Assembly: GCA_043228905.1 (NCBI GenBank)
Contig: JBHGNT010000001.1
Span: forward strand, 6,014,001-6,078,000
Origin: Azolla caroliniana
Taxonomy: Eukaryota > Plantae > Polypodiophyta
Length of the DNA: 64,000 nucleotides
Reading direction: 5' to 3'
Numbering within the stretch: position 1 is the stretch's first letter; each line of letters opens with the position of its first letter. The notes below the pieces were generated by a model that saw nothing but the letters and a program-made list of their open reading frames with translations, was not told where the DNA came from and did not search any database. The translations under genes and the position numbers were made by a program. Shown here one piece after another: positions 1 to 10,587 of the stretch.

Positions 1-18
1 GAGGGAAAGACGGGCTTC

Positions 19-900
19 GTGGAAGCCGCTTGCCGGAACTACGAGGCTCTGGTAGAAGAGAAGCGGGTGGGGAAACCCGGGACGACCGGGCCCTCACAAC
101 GATACGAGACCCGGTCCGGGCCACGACGGGACGAAGCCGGCGGGGCCGGTACGCAAGATAAACCCCAGAAGGGCGGGTACCGTCTGGGGACGGAGATAGA
201 AAGAACCACGGACTTACGAAAGGTCCTGGAGGAACGGATCCTCGACAGCAAGGTGGAACTGTCGCTACGGGAGGTGCTGGGAATCGCCAAGAAGGAGTTC
301 CACGACTCCATCGTGGACTTGGTGAAACGGAAGAGGCTGTCAACGGAGACAGAACCGGAAAGACCGGTGGAAGTGCGGACGACGCACCTAGACGACATGG
401 CGCTGGGAGACGAGTGGGCGGAAAGCCACTATTCGAGACCGCACTGGGCCCGAGCGACCACGGAAACCCCGGTGAAGATCGGCGATGTCCAGGAACCGGT
501 GATAGCTTTGGTAGACCACGGATCGGAGATCAATTTGATGTCCATGGACTTCTATAAGAAGGGCAAATGGCCGATCAACACCAAGCACGGGTGGAAAATA
601 AGGGCAGCAACGCGCGCCACCGAGGAACTGCACGGGGCCTGTCCGAATGTGCGAGTCAAGATCGGCGACGTCGAGATTGACCAGCACTTCTTCGTGCAGG
701 AGACGTCTTCGCATCCGGTCATACTGGGAGAACCGTACATCACGGCGGCGCGAATGGAGACCAAGGTGCTGGACAATGGTTCGGCCTATGCGCGGGTCAA
801 GAGCCAGGACGGGCGCCATTCGGTCCAGTTTTTGACGGTTAGGCCGAACCACGAGCGTAACCGCGACTCCCTCGGTTCCGATAACCGAGAGGATTTTTAG
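19..900 (+). CDS. C-terminal gag plus aspartic protease of element A (frame open from the window edge)
   Basis: ALVDHGSEINLM protease motif and ILGEPY flap motif. Ends in GAG GAT TTT TAG. Confidence 0.9.
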   Translation: MEAACRNYEALVEEKRVGKPGTTGPSQRYETRSGPRRDEAGGAGTQDKPQKGGYRLGTEIERTTDLRKVLEERILDSKVELSLREVLGIAKKEFHDSIVDLVKRKRLSTETEPERPVEVRTTHLDDMALGDEWAESHYSRPHWARATTETPVKIGDVQEPVIALVDHGSEINLMSMDFYKKGKWPINTKHGWKIRAATRATEELHGACPNVRVKIGDVEIDQHFFVQETSSHPVILGEPYITAARMETKVLDNGSAYARVKSQDGRHSVQFLTVRPNHERNRDSLGSDNREDF

Positions 901-960
901 AGAGGGCTGCCAAGGCGTGGGGCCGCGACAGTCCGGACACCCCGGGAAAACCCCACACCT
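891..960 (+). promoter_or_regulatory. Putative -1 programmed ribosomal frameshift signal (slippery G_GAT_TTT plus H-type pseudoknot)
   Basis: Frame overlap is only 885-897. Stem 1 is 904-909/929-934 and stem 2 is 913-922/951-960 (manual pairing). Confidence 0.7.
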
Positions 961-3900
961 GTACGATAAAACCGAAGAAACCTTGTACCATAGGTAGGGA
1001 ATTTTTGTTCTCCGACAGCGGAGCGTGTACGATAGTCGGCATCGGCGGCCGAGAGAAGACAAAGGCGGAGGGGAGACTTCGAGCGTGCGGAGTTCTCGGC
1101 CCTGACGAGGAAATCAACGGAGCCGTGGAGGCGGTCTCATTCGACGACACCTTGGGAATGCTGGGAAAGGTAGTCGAAGAAGGCCTTAGCGAAGACCGGA
1201 CGATACCGGTGTGTTCCGAGGAGATGTACGAAGTCATCGCGGATTTCGGTCGAGGGCTCGAGTCAGTTCGGACGGCCCACGTAAGCACCAAGTACAAGAC
1301 TGTGGACCGGAAGGTAAGGCCAGTCGCGGCACCCTTACCGGAGGACAGCGCGTCGAGAATCAAAGGGGTTGCATCGGACCCTAGTCTACGAGATCCGGCC
1401 TGCATAGGGCACACCTTCACCGACGAGACGCTCCGAGAGCTCAAAATAGGTGGGGGCGGGTTCCTACTGCCGGCGGAGGAAGACCGGTTTCGGAGAATGC
1501 TCGGAAGGCACGGGAAAGCCTTCGCATTCTCGCCGGAGGAAATCGGGTGCGTTGACCCGACGATCGTGGAGCCGATGGTGATATTCACGGTACCGCATGT
1601 ACCATGGAATCTCAAGCCAATCCCGGTTCCGAGAGCTCACATCCCGAAGTTGATGGAGCTGCTGAGGCAGAAAGTTGATATGGGAATTCTCGAGCCGTCG
1701 AGCGCCCCATATTCAAATCGATGGTTTACCGTACCGAAGAAAAACGGTTCGTTGCGCTTCATCCAGGACCTGCAGCCGGTCAATCGAGTGACCATTCGGA
1801 ACGCAGGGATCGGACCGACCATAGACGAGTTCGCGGAGGCCTTCGCCGGAAGGTCAATTTACTCGGTCGGGGATCTATACTCAGGGTACGACTAGTTCCA
1901 GCTAGCCGTGGAGAGCAGAGACATTACGACGATGCGAACTCCCCTCGGCCTAGTTCGGATGTGTACACTGCCGCAAGGAGGGACCAACTCGGTGGCCCAC
2001 ATGGTGAATGCGATGAACAAGGTTCTGAGGGACTGTATCCCGGACATCACCATGCCGTTTCTGGACGACATCCCGATCAAGGGATGCCCGGTGGAAGAAA
2101 AGGACGAGACGATCGGGCCGGACGGATGCCGGCGATTCGTGGCGACGCACATCGACGACTGCGAGAAGGTGCTGCAAAGGCTAGAGGATGCGAGACTCAC
2201 CTTCTCCGGGGAGAAGTCGGCCTTCGGGCAGTCAGAAATCATGGTGGTCGGACACCTGTGCGGACCATATGGCCGGAAACCGTCTCCGGCAAAGGTAGAA
2301 GCCATCTCCGCGATGAAGCCCGACTGCAGCTCGGTCTCGGAAGTACGGAGATTCCTGGGGGCATGCGCGTTCTACCATATATGGATCCCGCATTACGCAC
2401 ACGTCGCGGAGCCACTGTACGGGTTGCTGAAAAAGGGGCGAAGGTTCGAATGGCTAGACGAGCACGCGGAATCGGTCCGGAAGCTGAAAGAGGCCCTTGC
2501 AGCGGCACCGGCACTCCGGAAGGCGGTATACGGGAAGGGTACCCCGGTATTCATAACGGTGGATACCAGTCCGACCGGGATCGGATGGGTCGTGAACTAG
2601 GAAGACGAGGACGGCAATCGGTTTCCGATCCGATTCGGCGCGAAAGTCCTCAGTGAACGGCAGCGAGGATACGCCCAGGTTAAACGCGAACTCTGGGGTA
2701 TTGTTTCGGCGGTTAAGGCCGACAAAGACTACCTGATAGGGACGGAAGTGATCATCGAGACGGATTGCCTGCCGATTCTCGGTATGGTTTCCGGATGCGC
2801 GACTCCGGACCTGGCGATGCTCAGGTGGATAGCGTACATCAAGTCCCTGGACCCGGAAATACGACACATTTCCGGGAAAGACAACGCCATGGCCGACATG
2901 CTTTCGAGGGCGAGGTTCGACGACGAGGGCGGCATGGTTTCGGAAGACGAAGAAGTCGGCGTGGATTTCTTCGAGGCGGCATACATAACGACCGACGGGG
3001 TGAGCACTCCGGCGCTTAACGAGTTCGACGCGAGCAAGTACGACGGGGAGTGGCTGCAGATCGGCGGGTTTTTGAAGACAATGACGCCCGATGCGTCATG
3101 GACGAAGGACGAGGCCGACCGGATCCGGAAGAAAGCATATCGATTCTTTCTCCGAGATGGGCATCTATGGAAGCACCCGAAGAAGAGGGACGGCGTCCCG
3201 CTCCGGGTGGTGGCGATGAAGGAAGTACAGGAGGAGCTACTGGCGGCCTACCACGACAGCCCTTGGGCTGGACACCGTGGAACGTGGGCGACGTTTGAGA
3301 AGCTGAAGGGGAAGTACTGGTGGCCGGGATTGTACCGGGACGTGCATCGGTTCGTGTCAACTTGCGAGAGTTGTCAGATGCACTCGATAGTCCGACACCG
3401 GGACGGGCTTCACCCTACGTACCCTCCGACTATCCACTTCAAATGGATGGTAGATCTGGTGACGATGCCGATGGGGGTAGGACAGATGCGGTATCTGGTC
3501 CTAGCGCGGGAAGACCTGACGAACCAGGTGGAAGGCCGAGCCCTTCAGAACAAGACGACCGCGGCCGTGTGTCGGTTCCTAGTCGAGGACGTGATATGCC
3601 GGTACGGGTGCGTCGGGAAGATCGTGGCTGACCGAGGGGAGTTGGACGCCGAAGAGGCCGCGGAGCTGTTCGACCGGCTTGGAGTCAAGCTCTCGCTCAC
3701 CACTGCGTACAATCCGGAGGCGAATGGAAAGGTGGAGCGCGGACACAGACCGATCGTCAAGGCGTTGATTCGGGCATGCGGAGGCCGAGTCGGTAACTGG
3801 CCCCGGCTGCTACCTTATGCTTTGTGGGCAGACCGGACCACGCACAGTTCGGTAACCGGGTACATGCCGACGGAGCTCATGTTCGGCCAGAAGCCGATCA

Positions 3901-4388
3901 TGCCGATTGAACGGACGATCTCCTCGTGGGCAACGGTCGACTGGAGGGTCGAGATGAGCCGGGAGGAGTTGTTGGCCGCACGTATACGACAGCTCGAGCG
4001 GAGACCGGAGGACGTGGCACTGGCTACGGAGAAGCTCCGGGTGGCGAGGACAAAGAACAAAGCCCGGTTCGACCGAACGCACCGGCTACGACCGAAGAAA
4101 ATCGACGAAGGTGACTGGGTGCTCGTCTACGACAGCAGCCTCGACAACCAGCACCGAGCAACGCGGAAGTTCGCACGGAGATGGTTCGGGCCGTACACGG
4201 TACAGAGCGCCAACGACAACGGGACGTATCATCTGGCGGAGCTCGACGGTACGAGAATAGCGATACCCGTGGCCGGGAAGAGGATCAAAGCTTTCAAGAA
4301 GCGGCACGACGACGAACCCGACCCGATTCTCCTGGACAGCAGCGACGACCGATCCGAGGCCGAGGAAGGGCCGGCAGGCGAAGAGTAG
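891..4388 (+). pseudogene. pol (RT-RNaseH-integrase) of element A in the -1 frame, with in-frame TAG stops at 1893-1895 and 2598-2600
   Basis: ORFs 1005-1895, 1908-2600 and 2748-4388 share one frame, which I read as open back to 885. Stops fall in YSGYD*FQL and VVN*EDE. Confidence 0.9.
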
Positions 4389-4447
4389 AGGCGGGCCGGT
4401 TTTCTCCGTGCCAACTTAATTTGGCGCATGCCGGTGGATGCGCGGTT

Positions 4448-4460
4448 AGGTGGGGGCGGA
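4448..4460 (+). other. Polypurine tract of element A
   Basis: AGGTGGGGGCGGA directly abutting the TGTCG LTR start. Confidence 0.8.
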
Positions 4461-5177
4461 TGTCGTGAAGAAAACCGCCCACAAGAGGAATCGGAGGAAC
4501 AAGGCGTGGGAAACGGCTCTACACACACACGCGCGCCAAGATGTACCTAAGGACGAAGTAGGTACATACGAGGATCCTAGGTGGGTAGATTCGGTTGGTA
4601 TGCAGTTAATGCCAAACGGCCTCTTGACGGGCTATAAAAGGAAGAGGAAGAATAGAAGTGGGGTATCTCCCGCGGAGAGGACGAAGTGCTGCCGAACCGA
4701 TTTCGGAGCTTCTCTCTCACTCCTGCTCTCTCTGTCTTCTGCTCCATCGCGTACCTGTGCAGGTTTCGAGGAGGCTTGCGCTGTTCCGTGGAACGCCCCG
4801 AGTGCGTCCTGCAGCACCTCCGACCTGTCTTCCCTTTCTGTGCATCGCGACATACAGGGGTCGGCAGCTGTTCGCCGCCCTGTTCGTTTTCGTTAGTATC
4901 TATTTTGTGCCCCACCGTGGGTTGTAATACTTTAGTCTGTTATTTTCTTGCATTCATAAGTACATATCTCTCGTTGTTGCGTCCATCTGCGTCGGCGTTT
5001 ATTTGTGATCTCTGTTTGTTGGGCCGTGTCCCTGTGCAATCGTCGGTTCTGCGCAATCGGATCTTCGGTTCTGTGTAATCGGGTCTCTCTCTCTTACTCC
5101 TCTCTCTCTTGCTCTTCGGTTCGAGACCCCCGTGGTCCCTCCTCCTTTCTACACGCAAGGGCGTAGCAACCCCGACA
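4461..5177 (+). repeat. 3' LTR of element A (717 bp)
   Basis: TGTCG...CGACA inverted termini, TATAAAA at about 4633 and CT-rich tracts. Element B integrase sequence resumes at 5178. Confidence 0.9.
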
Positions 5178-5391
5178 ACGGTCCGACAAAATCCAACCCC
5201 CACTTCTGGAATGGCTCTAGTGGAAGTACCGGTTGGTGTGGCATCCGTGCTTGCTCCGTAGGCTGGCCCATTCGTTGGCATAGGTCACATTCCTTAGCGT
5301 ACTTGACGACGTCTTTTAACGTCGTGGGCCACCATAAGCCGCTCTGCCATACTTTCCTTGCCGTCGCTTCCCCGGCATAGTGTCCTCCGGC

Positions 5392-5865
5392 TGTCACGGA
5401 CACACCAACCTTGGACCACAATAGAGCATGGATGATGAGGCTACGATGGAGCGATGAGGCGAGGAACTTAAGATGGGGAATGACACAAGAGCATAAAGAT
5501 AGAGATGAAGATTAAAGAGAGAAGATAGGCGAAACGGGAATACTAGATTGATATGTCCATGACTGGCGTTGAATCCCTTGAATGGGACCACGAACGTTAC
5601 AAGTATTTATACTGTGAGTCAAATTACATGCATTAGAATATTCTGGAGAATATTCTAGACAATGTTCTAGATTCCTCTAGAACCTTCTCGTTCTAGAACT
5701 TTCTAAAAACTCCTAGAACTTGAAATAGATAAACGACTAACAATCTACTGAGATACATATAATATAACCATGTATTTGGATGTATTGGTTAGAGCATAAC
5801 ACTTGACTATAGTATAGGTGGTCAAGAGTTCAAATCTTGACATGACTGTTGTCATGTCTGTGACA
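5392..5865 (-). mobile_element. Solo LTR (474 bp) of a third retrotransposon family
   Basis: TGTCAC...GTGACA termini and perfect 5-bp TSD CCGGC at 5387-5391 and 5866-5870. AT-rich. TATAAATA on the minus strand at 5604-5611 gives the inferred orientation. Confidence 0.92.
5636..5719. promoter_or_regulatory. Heat-shock element (nGAAn) array in the solo LTR
   Basis: GAATATTC twice (5636, 5648), CTAGAACCTTC, a perfect 3-unit TTCTAGAACTTTC (5691-5703), and further TTCTAG/CTAGAA half sites. Confidence 0.7.
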
Positions 5866-8800
5866 CCGGCAACCCCACAGTGTGCTTCCCGTAAGATTAC
5901 TTGTTTCTCGTCACTACGGACTGCCCGTCTCCATATTCCATCTGCTCCTTTGTGGTAGAGAGTGTCCCGTAACAGACAGAAATTGCGGCTCTGCACCGCC
6001 AGTCGTTTCCTCTCGTCCCGGTTCATTTCCTCCGGTGGCAAGCCCGTGCTTAGGAACTGGTGCATGTTTGTCAGCCACCTATCTTCTGATACCACCGTGT
6101 CGTCCGCTGCCGTTTCCGGGGTGATACGGAATAACTCTGCGTCCGGGAATTCATCCGCTACTCTGTCGCCTGATTCTCCGAACTCTAACCGGCTCAGGTA
6201 GTCTGCTACGGCATGCTGGATACCGGGCCGGTGAAAGATCTCGAATTCGAACTCCTACAACAGCAAGGTCCAACGGGCCAACTTACCGGTCAGGGACTCC
6301 TTGGACACTAAGTACAGGAGCGCCGAGTGATCCACATGAAAGGAGAACTTCCTTCCCAATAGGTAATGACGAAACTTTGTGACACTGTAGATCATGCCCA
6401 GGGCCTCCCGTTCTGTCGTCGAATAGTTCTTCTTCGCTTGGGACAGCTTCCGGCTGGCGTAATATACCGGCCGATACCATTTAGGCTCCGTAAGTTGCAT
6501 TAAGGCGCTGCCGATAGCGATGTCGGAAGCGTCAACGAACACATGAAATTCCTTGCTCCAATCCGGAGGCTGCACGACGGGTGCTTGCGACAAAAGTACC
6601 TTCAGGGCATTGTATGCCTTATCCTCCGTATCCGTCCATTGGAACGGTGTCCGATGTACCGCAGTGTGTAATGGTGTAGCCAAGTCAGCCAAGTGACGGA
6701 GCATCCGGCTGTGCCACCGGATCTGTCCTAAGAATCGGTTGAGTGCTTTGGCCGTTTTCGGCGCCGGTGCCCCTAGTATCGCGTTTACTTTGTTCGGGTC
6801 GACCGCAATGCCCTCCTTACTTACAATGTGTCCCAGTAAGATTCCACTTGAAACCCCAAAGATGCATTTTGCTGGGTTTAAGCTTAGCCGGTATAACCTA
6901 CACTTTTCAAGGCATAACCGTAGGTGTTGCAAATGGTCTTTTCCCCGGCTATAGACTGCAAAATCATCCAGGAAAACCTGCATGAAGGCAGGAATGTATT
7001 CGCCAAAGATCTCCATGATGATTCGCTGGAAAGTTGCTGGTGCCGTTTTTAGGCCGAACATCATTACTTCGGCCACAAACACCCCCCATTCGGTGACGAA
7101 CGTTGTCTTCTCCTGGTCGTCGGGGTGCATCCGGATTAGATTGTATCCGCTGAACCCGTCTAAAAAACTATAAACTTCATGGCCGGCGACGGCATCCAGT
7201 ACTCCATCCGTGAACGGAAGAGGGAATGCATCCGTAATTGTGGCTGCATTTAATTTCCTGTAATCTACACACACGCGGATTTTACCGTTCTTCTTTGGGA
7301 CGACGACGATGGGGCTCAGCCACGTCGCTTTCTTTACCGGCCGGATGAAGCCCACTCTCAGGAGTTTGTCGATTTCCTCCTTCACTTTGGCAGCGTAGTT
7401 GGGGTTCATTCGGTAACGTCTTTGCGCCACTGGTTTTGCGTCCTTGCCTAAGTGGATCTGATGCTGATATAATTGAGGGTCCAGCCCTCGCATGTCTTCG
7501 TATGACCAGGCGAATACGTCGCGAAACTCCGTGAGAAGTTTGATCATCGCCGCTTTATCTTCCGGCTTCATTTCTTTGGCGATGTGTACCGGCTTTGATT
7601 CGTCCTTGCTTCCGAGGTTCACTTCGTCGAGCTGGGATGTTTTTACCCGTTGGGAAACGGCCATTTCCCGTTCCAACGCTTCCTGTGCTTGCCGTAATTC
7701 CCGAATCGCATCTTTGTCTGGTTCGGCTTCGGTTTCGTCCCGCTGCGGCAAGTATGGCGCTACGGCTTCAGCCACGTCAATCTCGAAGAGTGGTACGATC
7801 TTCGGGTGTTCCTCCAAGTACTGGGCTTCTTCGTCGTCTGCCAACCCTTCAAGCATGTTCACGCATTCCGCATACAGCGGTGTGCATTCCTTACCGTTGC
7901 TCGTCCGTGGTTGTGTCGGTACCCGGACCTTGGCTTTTCCGCGCCGGAAGGTAATCATATTTTTCCGCCAATTTTGCTTGATGTGTGTTGTTTTCAACCA
8001 TGGTCTGCCCAACAACAGTGGGTACGCGCCTTGCGCCTGTAGCTGCAGCACTACAGCCGAGATGTGAAATGTGTGACCTCCTATGGTGACTTCCAATTTC
8101 CGTATTAAGCCCGTCGGCCGTACAGAGCTTGTATCCGCCATCCGTAGCCAGAACGGACATGGCTCCCATTCATGTATACCCAAGGCATCACACGTGTGGA
8201 GGCTTATTACGTTCACCCCGGAACCTCCATCGATTACTGTGCCGGGAAGTTCGTGCCCTTTGACAATAGCTGTAATCACCGGACTACTAGTGTCCACCAC
8301 CGTCGGTCCCTCCTCCGGATTCGAGAAGAGAACTGGTGCCGGTGGGGCTATACCGTCTGTCATGACCGTTTTTAGTCCTTCCGTAAATCGCGGCACGAGC
8401 TGCAAGAGTCTTCCTAATGGCAACGTGATCTGACATTCTTGCAGTGCTTGCCACGTCTCGTTTTCTGGGTGGCTACCGCCGGTACTCCCTATGGTATTCG
8501 CCTTTTGCCGTTCCGCGTCCGCGACGTTCCTTTCATTGGCTTCCTTCACCCATTCCGTCGCCTGTTTTCGTATGGCCTCTTGTGTTTCCCACTCTTTGGC
8601 CATGCCTTTCGACCGTGTGGTTACTTGCTGTATATCCGCCACTTCCGGAACCACCATATTAACTGCTGGTCGTTTATCGTAGCTCTTTGCCGGGCATTGG
8701 TTACTGTAGTGGCCTTCCTGCCTGCAGTAATAGCAGTACTCTTTACGGGTATTGCTGGATTCAGCATTGCTGGTATCCGGAGTCGGTCCCGTAGTGAGTG

Positions 8801-10573
8801 GTGCGTTCTGTGCCGGTTGGCTCCTTGGGGTTCCATGTTCCGGGTCCCTAGTGTGACCACCTTTCTTGAAATTACGTTTCTTATTATTCTTATTTTTATT
8901 TCGGTAGTCCGGTCGTGGTGGATCGTAAAATCGGCCGTAGTCCTCCTGGTGCCTTCGGTAACCAGGGGAATGGTCTCTGTCGTATTGCTCGTGTCGTCTG
9001 TTGGGCTCCCGATAACGGTCCGATCGCTCATACCGGTCGTAGTTATCATGCCGATTCCCGTACCGGCCATCATTCTCTTGTCTGTCTCCGTACCGGACAT
9101 CCTGTGCCGGTCGGTACCGGTTCATTCTTTGCCAACGATTGTCATCTTCGTCTCGGCTGCTTCTTGGCTCGATCCGCCGGACGGGTGGTGCTTGTTGGTT
9201 TAACAGGTTATACTCGCACCGGTCCGTTGTATGACTCTTGGATTGACAAATCACACACTGAGTTCGCATGGTGCACTCCACTGCCGAGTGTCCGGCATTC
9301 AAGCAGATTGTGCATTGAATTGCCTGCCGGAACCGGAGATCTTCCTCGGTGGGTAACGCCCGTTGCAGTGTTCCCAGTGTAAGCCATGAGCTTGACTTTT
9401 CCATTTCTCTGACCCGGTCAATGACCTGGTCAATGGTGCTTCCTCGAAAGTCGATTACCGTACACACCGTGCGTAACGGTTCCCGGAGTGCGTTTAAAAA
9501 TATCGTCCGTAATTCCTCCTCCGGGGGTGCACGGGCAAGCTGGCTATGCATTCGTTGGAAACGGATGACGAATTGGGGAATGCTTTCCCCTGCCTCCTGT
9601 CGGATCGTATAAAACAGGCCCACCATTGTCGTCTGGTCGACCTCCTTGTGGAAAAAATGCAAGAATTTTGCTTTTAATTCTGCAAAGGTTGTGATGGTCG
9701 CCGGGTCCTGCGTCCGTTGCCATCGTGTCGCTGGTCCTTCCAACGTGACCCCGAATTCCGCTATCTTCGAGCGTTCTTCTTCCTCCGGTGTCATTCGCTG
9801 GGACGTGTGATTTGCTTCCCATGTCTGCTCGAAGGCATGAACATGCGCTTCCGCGTCCGGGTCATCGCGATACTTTGAGTATTGGAACGGCATGTCGTCG
9901 TCTAGTATTAGGCCGCGGTTTAGTAGCGTTTGTTGATATCTTTCCGGTTTTCTCTCCGGTTCGACTTCCGGTTCTTTTGCCGGTGCTTTTTCCGGTTCCT
10001 CTTCTGGTTCTTTTTCCGGTTCCTTCACCGGCTCTTCTTCCGGTACCTTTGCCGGCTCTTTCGTTGGTGTCGGTGGCTTTGCTTCTTCCACTTCCGGTGT
10101 TGGTGGGTTGACGGCTTCCGTTTGCGGTTCCGGATAGCCCTGGTTGAGCGGTTCCGGTTCTGGAGTCGGCACGGTATCCGACCCGTCGTCCTCCGGGCCG
10201 CCGGGGGTATCGTTGCTGCTCCGGTAGTTCGTGTGCACGCTGTATCCCCCTTCGGAATCCGATTCGTAGGCTGAAAAGGCTTCTTCCTCGTTTTCTCCGC
10301 TTGCCAGCGCCTCTAGGAGGCGTTCGGTTTCCCGGAGACTACTTAGACTGCTTCCGTCGTCCTAGTCGCGAGTTTGCTGTAACCGAAGAGATTCCTCCGC
10401 GACTCTCCGGATCTCGTTGGAGAACGAACGATCCGAGCGAATTTCGTGCGCTGCTTGCTGGAAAGTCTCACGCCGTCTTTGCCGTTCGGCGAGGCGTCGA
10501 GCTCGGTCTGTAACTAAGTCGTGCGTTGGTCTAGTCATCCATTACCGTCGTTCGCTGCGAGAAAGCAGGAATC

Positions 10574-10583
10574 GTGGTCGCCA
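10574..10583 (-). other. Primer binding site of element B, tRNA-Arg type
   Basis: TGGCGACCAC lies 4 nt inside the LTR end. It is complementary to the 3' end of plant tRNA-Arg(UCG), ...GUGGUCGCCA (from recall). Confidence 0.7.
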
Positions 10584-10587
10584 AAAC

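Larger units (their letters stand above)
1..5177 (+). mobile_element. Ty3/gypsy LTR retrotransposon A (5' part outside window), non-chromovirus, nested in the integrase of element B
   Basis: Domain order PR (LVDHGSEIN), RT (PFLDD), RNase H (VDTSPTG), IN (H-x6-H...C-x2-C, DDE core, GPY/F WFGPY). No chromodomain. PPT and TG...CA LTR follow. Much more GC-rich than the host. Confidence 0.95.
5178..10538 (-). pseudogene. gag-pol polyprotein of element B, disrupted by TAG stops (10362-10364, 6255-6257) and two insertions
   Basis: An in-frame ATG at 10538 lies upstream of the 1327-aa ORF. The frame continues LLL*EFEF past 6255. Removing 5392-5870 restores HCGVAGGHYAGE. Confidence 0.9.

Noticed and set aside
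1893-2600. In-frame TAGs as programmed readthrough sites
   Set aside because: They fall inside conserved RT/RNase H motifs at Gln-type positions, so point mutation is simpler.
388-5078. Long antisense and alternate-frame ORFs over element A and its LTR (e.g. 839-1615, 388-1062, 1721-2656)
   Set aside because: Expected shadow ORFs of GC-rich coding DNA with no recognisable motifs.
5768-5846. Genuine tRNA gene
   Set aside because: D and anticodon arms do not pair convincingly. Reported only as tRNA-like.
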